Positions 29,247 through 36,887 of a DNA stretch of 64,000 bases are shown piece after piece. The position numbers and the translations under genes are program-made. This stretch comes from an uncultured Anaerolineaceae bacterium. Its GTDB lineage: Bacteria > Chloroflexota > Anaerolineae > Anaerolineales > Anaerolineaceae. The first letter of the stretch is position 1. Every line of letters starts with the position of its first letter. The DNA is taken from contig CAYSZB010000003.1 of assembly GCA_964435475.1 (NCBI GenBank), forward strand, positions 4,220 to 68,219, in the 5' to 3' direction. A model generated the notes under the pieces. It saw nothing but the letters and a program-made list of their open reading frames with translations, searched no databases and had not been told where the DNA came from.

Positions 29247-29275
29247 AAACCGCTGAGAGATCAGCGGTTTTTTTT
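29247..29275. terminator. rho-independent terminator between convergent genes
   Basis: A 10-bp stem pairs aaaccgctga with tcagcggttt around a GAGA loop, followed by a T-run to 29275. The minus-strand gene's stop codon is at 29276-29278. Confidence 0.65.
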
Positions 29276-30250
29276 CTAGCGGATGCGGAAGACGTCCCCG
29301 GGGTAGATGAAGTAAGGGTAGGTGAGGTTGTTCATGGCGGTGAACTGCTGCCAGGTGAGGTTATGTCTGGTGGCAAGGCCGACAAGTGTATCTCCTGCCT
29401 GGACAGTGATGAAGATGACGGGCGTGGCTGTCGGGGTAGGTGTGGCGGTGGGTGTGGGTGTTGCCGTGGAAGTGGGTGTCAGGGTGGGGGTGGGAGTTAG
29501 GGTTGGCGTGGGTGTTTGAGTGGGTGTAGACGTTATGGTGGGAGTAGGTGTTTGGGTTGGCGGGTCGGTTGGGGTGGGATCTGGGAAGTCCGCCAGGACA
29601 GCCTGGTTCTCAAGAACCGCCCATGATGACAGAAAATTATTCAGGTAATAGGTCTTTTCGGTGCCGGTGTAGGGGTCAATGGCGTAGATGATATCGCCAT
29701 CGTAGCCCTTGAGGATCATGGCATGCTCATAATGGGCGACGATAACCTGCCGACCTGCTTCAGTTGTATAGGTAATTTGGGTGCCATTCCACATTTCACT
29801 GATCACCCAGACGATGACCGGGTGGCCTGAGGCGATCTCCCACTGCAGGGTGGTCCAGTCGAGGTATTTTTGGGAATAGGCAGGCATGCCAAAGTCAGTC
29901 AACACCTGTGCCACAGGTTGTGAATGGACGCCGTAATCATAGGGTGGAATGCTGCCCCAGTAGCCGTTGATGTAGCCGACAAAACCGAGTTCAGGATCGT
30001 CGGAGGTCGGCATGGCATCGATGAACTGGTCTTCGGTGATGTAAACGCCAAAATAGGCAGCAAAATCAACGGCTGCGCGGGCTTCGCAGGAGAGGGTGTA
30101 TGCCTGGCGGTAACCATAAAGCCCTGAGATATATGCTTCTTCGGGCGGGGTGAATTGGGCTGAGACCGGTTTGGTAACCAGCGTTGCCAAAAACAGGAAG
30201 AGGCAGAGAAGGAGGGATATTTTTCGTCCTGGCGCAGTCATTTTCATCAT
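29276..30250 (-). CDS. secreted C39-like cysteine peptidase domain + Thr/Pro linker + C-terminal LysM domain
   Basis: A signal peptide starts at MMKMTAPGRKISLLLCLFLFLATLVTKPVSA. The candidate catalytic Cys is in YTLSCEARA and the His in YEHAMIL. A 55-aa TP-rich linker follows, then LysM (ITVQAGDTLVGLATRHNLTWQQFTAMNNL). I moved the start from 30319 to about 30250. Confidence 0.7.
   Translation of the reverse strand: MMKMTAPGRKISLLLCLFLFLATLVTKPVSAQFTPPEEAYISGLYGYRQAYTLSCEARAAVDFAAYFGVYITEDQFIDAMPTSDDPELGFVGYINGYWGSIPPYDYGVHSQPVAQVLTDFGMPAYSQKYLDWTTLQWEIASGHPVIVWVISEMWNGTQITYTTEAGRQVIVAHYEHAMILKGYDGDIIYAIDPYTGTEKTYYLNNFLSSWAVLENQAVLADFPDPTPTDPPTQTPTPTITSTPTQTPTPTLTPTPTLTPTSTATPTPTATPTPTATPVIFITVQAGDTLVGLATRHNLTWQQFTAMNNLTYPYFIYPGDVFRIR
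29420..29584 (-). repeat. low-complexity GGTGKG-type DNA encoding the (T/P)n linker
   Basis: It encodes PDPTPTDPPTQTPTPTITSTPTQTPTPTLTPTPTLTPTSTATPTPTATPTPTATP. Confidence 0.8.
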
Positions 30251-30381
30251 TATAGCTGAAGTAGATGCAATTATGGTGCCAGAGGTATTTGGATATCTTG
30301 CCAAATACGAGCAAACCATCCGTGCTACCTTGCTGGGAAGTGCGTTATGGGTTCTGGTATGAGGATGGTAAAGAAAAAAGT

Positions 30382-31007
30382 TAGTTTCCTAGTTTCCTAG
30401 TTTCCCTGCACATGTGCCCCATGGGGGAAACTGGAAGAAACACAAAGGTTGTTCCATCAACCTAAAAACCAGATTGCCACACCCCCTTGCTGAAGGATTT
30501 GTATTCTTCAACATTCTAGATCGGGGGTTCGCAGTAACTGACGGAGAAAAAGAAAAGATCGCATCCCTTTACAGCGCGCTACGCGAAGATCGCATTGATC
30601 GCATAGATCGCAAGTTCGCTGCACATATACCCCTGTTGCGAAGTTGAAGCTCGGGGCATAGCTACACATGTACCCATGTGTTTGTCAGGCTGGAAGCCTG
30701 ACCTACAACGGCGAGTTCTGCCAGGAGACTTGGCAAGAACCAGGCACCCGGATCAAATGTTAACCACCCTCACACCCTTTGGGCTCAGGGTGCTGCGCTA
30801 GTTTCGCAGTTTCGCAGTTTCGCTGCACATGTGCCCCTGCTGCGAAACTGGAAAGATCGCATAGATCGCAAGTCACTGACTTCTCATGAAGTCCGCCCTT
30901 TCAGGGTGCTACGCAATGTACCCCGAAGCGCTCTGTCCCTCGAAAAGAACGAGGGAAAATTAAAGGCGCTCGGGGCATCGCTGCACAGGTACCCCTGCTG
31001 CGAAGTT
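30382..31007. repeat. cluster of degenerate repeat modules (tandem 8-mers/9-mers plus conserved CTGCACATGTGCCCC core)
   Basis: Tandem repeats are tagtttcc x3 (30382-30405), agtttcgc x3 (30800-30823), gatcgcaNN x3 (30588-30614) and x2 (30855-30872). Core copies lie at 30406-30420, 30619-30633, 30823-30837 and 30981-30995, with weaker copies near 30662 and 30914. Confidence 0.7.
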
Positions 31008-31070
31008 AATGCTTGGGGATCTACATCGGCTGGCAAGATCAGGACATCTGAGGATGTCTTTGGGGTCGGT

Positions 31071-31076
31071 TATAAT
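31071..31076 (+). promoter_or_regulatory. -10-like TATAAT 8 nt upstream of the rsmG ATG
   Basis: The sequence reads GTTATAATTCgggaacATG with no SD. Confidence 0.3.
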
Positions 31077-31084
31077 TCGGGAAC

Positions 31085-31801
31085 ATGGAAAAATTGATCA
31101 AGGATGCCAGGGATATCGTCGGTTTAACTTTGACCAACAGCCAGGTCAGTGCCTTGCAGGTTTTGGAACAAGAGTTGATCGATTGGAATTCGCGTTTCAA
31201 CTTGACCGCCATCCGGGATGTGGAGGGAATCCGCACCAAGCACTTCCTTGATTCATTGACAATCCATCTGGCGCTGAACAGCCAGGCAATGCCAACCAGC
31301 ATCATTGACGTAGGGACGGGGGCAGGTTTCCCGGGATTGCCATTAAAGATCCTTTTGCCGCGTATCAAGCTCACCCTGGTGGAGTCGGTGCACAAAAAAG
31401 CCCATTTCTGCGAGCACATGGTCGAGAGACTGGGTCTGAAAGACGTGCTGGTTTTGGCAGAGCGGGCGGAGGATGTTGGCCGGATGGTCAACCAGCGCCA
31501 GGCCTATGACCTGGCAGTGGCACGGGCGGTGGCGCCGATGGCAGTGCTGGTGGAATACCTGCTGCCGCTGGTAAAAATGGGCGGGGTGGTGGTAATGCAG
31601 AAGGGGGAAAGTGCGCATGCCGAAGCGCAGGCGGCTGCCAGGGCGATCGAGATTTTGGGGGGAAGATTAAAGCAGATCATCCCGGTCTTGCTACCAGGGG
31701 TGGTGGAGGAGCGCTTCCTGGTGGTTTTGGACAAGGTGGCGATGACCACGCAGGAATACCCGCGTAAAGCAGGCACGCCTTCCAAGCATCCCCTGGGATA
31801 G
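31085..31801 (+). CDS. rsmG: 16S rRNA (guanine527-N7)-methyltransferase
   Basis: 238 aa. WNSRFNLTAIRD...KHFLDSL and the SAM motif IIDVGTGAGFPGLPLKI are present. Confidence 0.9.
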   Translation: MEKLIKDARDIVGLTLTNSQVSALQVLEQELIDWNSRFNLTAIRDVEGIRTKHFLDSLTIHLALNSQAMPTSIIDVGTGAGFPGLPLKILLPRIKLTLVESVHKKAHFCEHMVERLGLKDVLVLAERAEDVGRMVNQRQAYDLAVARAVAPMAVLVEYLLPLVKMGGVVVMQKGESAHAEAQAAARAIEILGGRLKQIIPVLLPGVVEERFLVVLDKVAMTTQEYPRKAGTPSKHPLG

Positions 31802-31813
31802 ATAACACCAATC

Positions 31814-33400
31814 TTATCTGAAGATCAGGGGCAAAAATAGGTCATTCACAAGTTCATATTCATCAGCGCCAATGTCATAGGGGGTTGGACCAGAGCCGAT
31901 CGGCCTTATGCCTATCGTATCGATATCATCACCAGGTCCTTCTCCTAAAGACAGGCGATCGATAGCAGCAGAGCCTCTTAAGACATGCAGATCGCCATCA
32001 GACATGTTGACAAATTTCGGGTCACCATCAAACGGATTGGTACCGACTGAGCCATCACTGGAATTGCCAAAGAAGAGGTTTGATTCGATCGTGGCGGTTA
32101 CACCAGTGCCGAAATTATAGATCCCACCCTGACTGTGTGCAATGATGTTCTTTTTAATATATGGGTTGACATAGTCATTGATGTTGATCGCATCCACACC
32201 GCCAGCTATTGAATTCTGGTAAATGTACACAAGTAATTGGTCAGGACTGATTCCTACCAGATAAATATTCTTTTGGTTCACTCGCGAATCCCGAAGCGGA
32301 CTGTTGTAGGTAATGAAGTTGTTGCGGACTATATGGGAGTCCCTGCCCTCGAGGTGGATCAAGGAATCAGCAATGTTACCAGTAAAAACATTGCGTTCGA
32401 TGGTATTAAATGAACCACGGGATGGAGTCATAAAGCTGTGCAGGATGGTCCGACCGTAATTGCCTGAGATAAAGTTTTCTGCAAAGTAGAACGTGCTGCT
32501 GGACATCTCCAGGAAATAAACTGCCGCACCATCGATAGCGTTTTTCAGGTTGTTATTCTCAATAAAGGAATTACGATAGATTTCAAGATGCCCTGTTTGA
32601 TAGACAAGGATCGCACCTCCCCGACTGTAGTCAGATCCCGGTAAAGTATTCGCAGAAAAAACACACCCTGAGATGCCCCCTGTTGTTGGGACTGCTGCAC
32701 CTTCGACATAAATAGCACCGCCCATGCCAATCCCTGTTTGCCCGGAGGTGTTTTCGGTAAAGAGGGAGTCGTATATGAATAACTCATGCAGTTTATAAGC
32801 GTACAATGCACCGCCCATGGCAGTGCCCGCCCCGGTGGTATCCGAAGAAGCAACATTATGTTCAAAGGTGATATCTCCAAGGGTCAAGGACAGGATATCA
32901 TATGCGAAAATACCACCACCGCATCCCAGGGCAGGGGCACCACCTTTTAAGGGACAATAGCTGGTATTAATCCCATGGGCATCGCCGTTGCGGATCGTCA
33001 AACCGTTAAGATTGACATCCGTGTTTTCACCCTCGATGGTGATCACCCGGTGCATATTTTGTCCATCCAGGATACTCGGGGTAGTGGTGGGGGAACAATT
33101 GACATCACTTGCGCTGGTCCAGGTGCACCCGCCAAAAAGCGTAAATTGACCCTGGATATAAAGGACATGATGATCGCCAGAATCTTCAGCGTAGTAATTG
33201 CCTGAGTGTACATAAACGAAGTCGCCTGGTTGAGCTTTCTTGACCGCATATTGCAGGCTGCAGGGGGCATCGATGGTACAGTCTTCCCCTGAACCTTCTG
33301 GTGATGCATAGTACTGGACCCCGCGAGTCGCCTTTGCACTGGATAGCGAAAGTAATAAGAGCAAGACCAAGATGCTCAACAGTACAAGAAGTTTCTTCAT
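31814..33400 (-). CDS. secreted beta-helix-like protein, array paralog 1
   Basis: I use the ATG at 33400 (MKKLLVLLSILVLLLLLSLSSAKA), which has GGAGG upstream. Landmarks are APCSLQYAV, GCGGGIFA, GDLHV..GSAAID and DIGADEY. It ends in LFLPLIFR. Confidence 0.8.
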   Translation of the reverse strand: MKKLLVLLSILVLLLLLSLSSAKATRGVQYYASPEGSGEDCTIDAPCSLQYAVKKAQPGDFVYVHSGNYYAEDSGDHHVLYIQGQFTLFGGCTWTSASDVNCSPTTTPSILDGQNMHRVITIEGENTDVNLNGLTIRNGDAHGINTSYCPLKGGAPALGCGGGIFAYDILSLTLGDITFEHNVASSDTTGAGTAMGGALYAYKLHELFIYDSLFTENTSGQTGIGMGGAIYVEGAAVPTTGGISGCVFSANTLPGSDYSRGGAILVYQTGHLEIYRNSFIENNNLKNAIDGAAVYFLEMSSSTFYFAENFISGNYGRTILHSFMTPSRGSFNTIERNVFTGNIADSLIHLEGRDSHIVRNNFITYNSPLRDSRVNQKNIYLVGISPDQLLVYIYQNSIAGGVDAININDYVNPYIKKNIIAHSQGGIYNFGTGVTATIESNLFFGNSSDGSVGTNPFDGDPKFVNMSDGDLHVLRGSAAIDRLSLGEGPGDDIDTIGIRPIGSGPTPYDIGADEYELVNDLFLPLIFR

Positions 33401-33474
33401 GTTCACCTCCACAATTTCAATTACTGGCAATATGTAAAAACGTTCCAGGCAGGTATTTGGTTTGAACCACCTGC

Positions 33475-35037
33475 CTAGCGGAATAATAAGGGCAGGAATG
33501 TCAGACTAACAAATTCATCCGCGCCAAGATCTGAAGCACCAAATGTACGAGGTTGATAATCGATATCATTAATGACATTGAGAGTTTCCAATGCCATGTT
33601 AATCGCAGCAGAATTGGAACTTATGTGGAAGTCGCCATGCGCTGGATCTACCAGGCGCGGATTATGCGTATCGATCAAAGCATTGGTGCCTGTCCACCCG
33701 CCACCAAATGCCCAAAACAGGTTGCGGTCGATCTCTTCACCCACAGGCTCCGAGATATAGATCGCATCTTCATTAATAAATGCAAAGATATTATTCTTTA
33801 CAGTCATTGTTGAGACTTCACTTGCAGAAATCCCACGATCGAGTTTGGCAAAGGTGTTAAATTTAATATTAACTGAGGAATTCAGGTTTGATAAAGATAC
33901 AGCAGTATTCATTCCGCCCCTATCCGGATCGTCCTGCCGTAAGGTTTCAGCATGCCCGAAAAAATTATTTTGGATATTTGTCGGGTTATACCCTGTAATC
34001 TGAACCATATCCAGGGATGTGTTGTTCCAGAATTTATTATTTTCGATCTTATCCCAAGCCGTCGCGGTATCACGCGTTGAAGTGATCACACTGCTGCCCT
34101 GGTTACCCTCAAAATAGTTACCTGCCAACCCGAATTGCCCATTCATGCGGAAATATAATGCACTACCTTTTATTAACTTGGCCTCTTGAGAATTTCCAAG
34201 GGTGAATGCGTTCTGATAAACAAATAAATAGTAAGAGGAATTGAAGAATGCATGGCATCCCAGGCTGTCAGCATCTGTCATGGTACAGTCGTTCTGATGG
34301 AAATCGTTGAATTCTATTTGACCATATTCAGAAATATCTTGAACGAAAAGTCCTCCACCAAATCCCAAGCCGTTAACCGATGCAGTATTGTGAGCAATTT
34401 CATTGTAATCGAAGGTTAACGTATCGATATCTTCCAAATACACCCCACCGCCATATCCGGCAGTAAAAGGCGATAACGTGGCATCATTGCTTTTAATGTG
34501 GTTATTGCGCATTGTCAAGCTATCCAGGTTACTGGCATATAAACCTGCTCCACATCCTGATGTGGTGATCCCAACAGGGTTAAGATCGGTGGGGCAATCT
34601 GCAGTGTCGATCCCTTGGGCTTTCCCGTAAGAGATTGTCAGGTTGTAAAGTTGAACATTTTCAATGCCAGTTCCTTGTATGGTAATTCCCCGACGGGCAT
34701 TATCACCATCAATCAAAGTGGAAGGAATAGTATCTGGAATGCAATTCCAAAATGGACCACTGCATCCACCATAAATTTGCAGGCTTTTATCGATGAACAG
34801 AACTTGATCGCCTGATGCAGCTGTATAATTTCCCACTTGAATATATATTGTGTCACCACTTGCAGCTGATTTGGCAGCATGCTGCAAAGAACATGGATCT
34901 TCGGGGGTACAGGCATCAGTATTTGTACCTGCCATGGAAACGTACCAACTCGCTTCTGCCTGGACTTTATTTCTGGGAACGCCAAGCAGGGTGAGCAGGA
35001 AAATAAAGGTGAAGAAAAAGTTAATTAGCCGTTTCAT
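33475..35037 (-). CDS. secreted beta-helix-like protein, array paralog 2
   Basis: 520 aa with a signal peptide. Landmarks are DPCSLQHAA, GCGAGLYA, NNFFGH, GDFHI..NSAAIN and DLGADEF. It ends in TFLPLLFR. Confidence 0.8.
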   Translation of the reverse strand: MKRLINFFFTFIFLLTLLGVPRNKVQAEASWYVSMAGTNTDACTPEDPCSLQHAAKSAASGDTIYIQVGNYTAASGDQVLFIDKSLQIYGGCSGPFWNCIPDTIPSTLIDGDNARRGITIQGTGIENVQLYNLTISYGKAQGIDTADCPTDLNPVGITTSGCGAGLYASNLDSLTMRNNHIKSNDATLSPFTAGYGGGVYLEDIDTLTFDYNEIAHNTASVNGLGFGGGLFVQDISEYGQIEFNDFHQNDCTMTDADSLGCHAFFNSSYYLFVYQNAFTLGNSQEAKLIKGSALYFRMNGQFGLAGNYFEGNQGSSVITSTRDTATAWDKIENNKFWNNTSLDMVQITGYNPTNIQNNFFGHAETLRQDDPDRGGMNTAVSLSNLNSSVNIKFNTFAKLDRGISASEVSTMTVKNNIFAFINEDAIYISEPVGEEIDRNLFWAFGGGWTGTNALIDTHNPRLVDPAHGDFHISSNSAAINMALETLNVINDIDYQPRTFGASDLGADEFVSLTFLPLLFR

Positions 35038-35130
35038 TGTTTACCTCCAGTAAATGTGCTGAGATGCTTTGAATGACCTGTATTGGTGCACTTTGCGGGT
35101 TCAAGTTATTCGTATTTTGAGTATATGAAG

Positions 35131-35159
35131 ATAATATTCCTTTCTCACAGAAATATCAA
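35131..35159 (-). promoter_or_regulatory. candidate sigma70-type promoter for paralogs 2-1
   Basis: The minus strand reads cCTATTGATAT-N17-TATTAT. The -35 lies at 35154-35159 and the -10 at 35131-35136, about 95 nt upstream of the ATG. Confidence 0.4.
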
Positions 35160-35251
35160 TAGGCGAATGGGGAATATTCTTAAAATCGCATACACCCTTG
35201 ATCAATGATATGGCTGTCATTTATTGTGAAAGTCAAACTACATTTTATGCC

Positions 35252-36865
35252 TTATCTGAAAATCATGGGCAGGAAATAACTGTAATAACACTCATCCGCT
35301 CCAATATCCGGACCTGACCCAAATGGGCGCAACTGGAGGTCAATATCCCTGTCATAACGAAGGTCAAAAGCGGAATCAATTGCCCTGGAATTCGGTTGAA
35401 GATGGAAATCGCCATTATCCACATCCACGAAGTTAGGAAAATGATGGAGCAAGTTAGTCGTTGGAATGTCGCCGCCTGTGCCATTCATCGATTCAATGTT
35501 TGTAGTACCGGTGATACTAGGCGTTCCACCGCCGATGGTCGCATGAGAAAGCACAGCAGTATCTGTATAGGCAATAATGTTATTGGTAATATACGCGTCA
35601 ACAAAATCCCTGACATAGATTCCACGATCGAGCATGGCGATGGTATTGTGATACAACTCTGCATACATCCTATGTCCATAGATATATCCATCAAGGAAAA
35701 CACCAGTAAATGTTTTTTCATCTGTGTAGTCCGGACTATACCCGATAAAATTGTTACTTAGCCTTAAAAAGTCATGACCACTGACAGAAATAGCATTAGC
35801 AGCATAATTGTTCCAGAATTTATTCTGGCTGATATGGTCATATGTTGAATTTTCTGACATATAGGCAAATAGAACTGAGTTGCCCCTGTTCATTGTAAAA
35901 GTGTTTCGATATGCAAGGAACATACCGGTGAGATCAGAATAGATAGCCCCTCCTTCTTTACCAGTTTTGGTGTTGATCGGGATGTTGGAGTTGTTCATGT
36001 TAAATTTACTGTCAAGGATCTCGGCATAATTGGACTGGTTAATATGGATTGCACATCCTTCCCCGACATCATCTGTAAAACTGCAATGATTGGAATCAAA
36101 AATGTTGTATTTGAACTCATTCCAATCGCTTTGGGTCAATATTGCCCCACCATACCCGCTGCCATCACCCACAGCTGTGTTGCCATAAAAAGTTGAGTTC
36201 GTCACTGTGAGGGGACCGCTGTTTTGAAAATGGATGGCACCGCCAGTCCCCTGGAGATCTGAAATGGCTGTGGTATTAAAATATGCATAATTGCCCTGGA
36301 ACCAGCAATTGTCAATGCTCAATGTCAGGGTCCCGTTGGATAATGCATGGATCCCTCCACCACATCCAACCGGATCACCATTGCCATAATCATTGCAGTT
36401 TGACGTATTCGGATCTTCTGTTCCCAGACCATTGATGATCTTGAGGTTCCTGAATACAAAGGTCTCATTCCCAGAGGTCGATATTTTAATGACTCGCCCA
36501 TCACTTTGCCCATCCAGGATGGAATAACCATTGGCGACTGAACAAATGGCGGTGCCACTGGAAAAATTACAGCTACCGATGAGTTCAACGCTATCCCAAA
36601 GGATCACTACCTCACTGAAATTTTGATATGATGCAGAATAAGTTCCAGTTTTGATATAAATGATGGCATCATTAATGGTATCTTGATTGGACGAGTAGAC
36701 TGCACGCTCGAGAGAACATGGCTCCGAAATCGTACAAGCATCATCCCAAGTACCATCTGCTGCAGCATACAATACCAGGGTAACCGCTTGCACAGATTGC
36801 TGTGGGCTGGCTGATAGACCTGCCAGGCAGATCAGAATGAACATGCATGAGAATATTTTCTTCAT
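35252..36865 (-). CDS. secreted beta-helix-like protein, array paralog 3
   Basis: 537 aa with a signal peptide. Landmarks are EPCSLERAV, GCGGGIHA, NKFWNN, GDFHL..NSRAID and DIGADEC. It ends in YFLPMIFR. Confidence 0.8.
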   Translation of the reverse strand: MKKIFSCMFILICLAGLSASPQQSVQAVTLVLYAAADGTWDDACTISEPCSLERAVYSSNQDTINDAIIYIKTGTYSASYQNFSEVVILWDSVELIGSCNFSSGTAICSVANGYSILDGQSDGRVIKISTSGNETFVFRNLKIINGLGTEDPNTSNCNDYGNGDPVGCGGGIHALSNGTLTLSIDNCWFQGNYAYFNTTAISDLQGTGGAIHFQNSGPLTVTNSTFYGNTAVGDGSGYGGAILTQSDWNEFKYNIFDSNHCSFTDDVGEGCAIHINQSNYAEILDSKFNMNNSNIPINTKTGKEGGAIYSDLTGMFLAYRNTFTMNRGNSVLFAYMSENSTYDHISQNKFWNNYAANAISVSGHDFLRLSNNFIGYSPDYTDEKTFTGVFLDGYIYGHRMYAELYHNTIAMLDRGIYVRDFVDAYITNNIIAYTDTAVLSHATIGGGTPSITGTTNIESMNGTGGDIPTTNLLHHFPNFVDVDNGDFHLQPNSRAIDSAFDLRYDRDIDLQLRPFGSGPDIGADECYYSYFLPMIFR

Positions 36866-36887
36866 AGCTCCTCCAATGATTGTCTTC

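Noticed and set aside
30382-31007. Possible CRISPR array, because of the many short direct repeats
   Set aside because: The repeat units are 8-9 nt tandem copies and degenerate ~15-25 nt cores at irregular spacing. There is no regular repeat-spacer periodicity and no cas gene in the window.
30414-31097. ORFs 30414-30647 (77 aa) and 30831-31097 (88 aa) inside the repeat-rich intergenic region
   Set aside because: Both start inside the repeated core (gtgcccc...), lack an SD, and translate the repeats into low-complexity peptide. They are most likely non-coding.
35094-35112. T-arm-like GCGGGTTCAAGTT in the gap between array paralogs 2 and 3
   Set aside because: The 3' half of the T-stem and the acceptor stem are absent, and no cloverleaf can be drawn.
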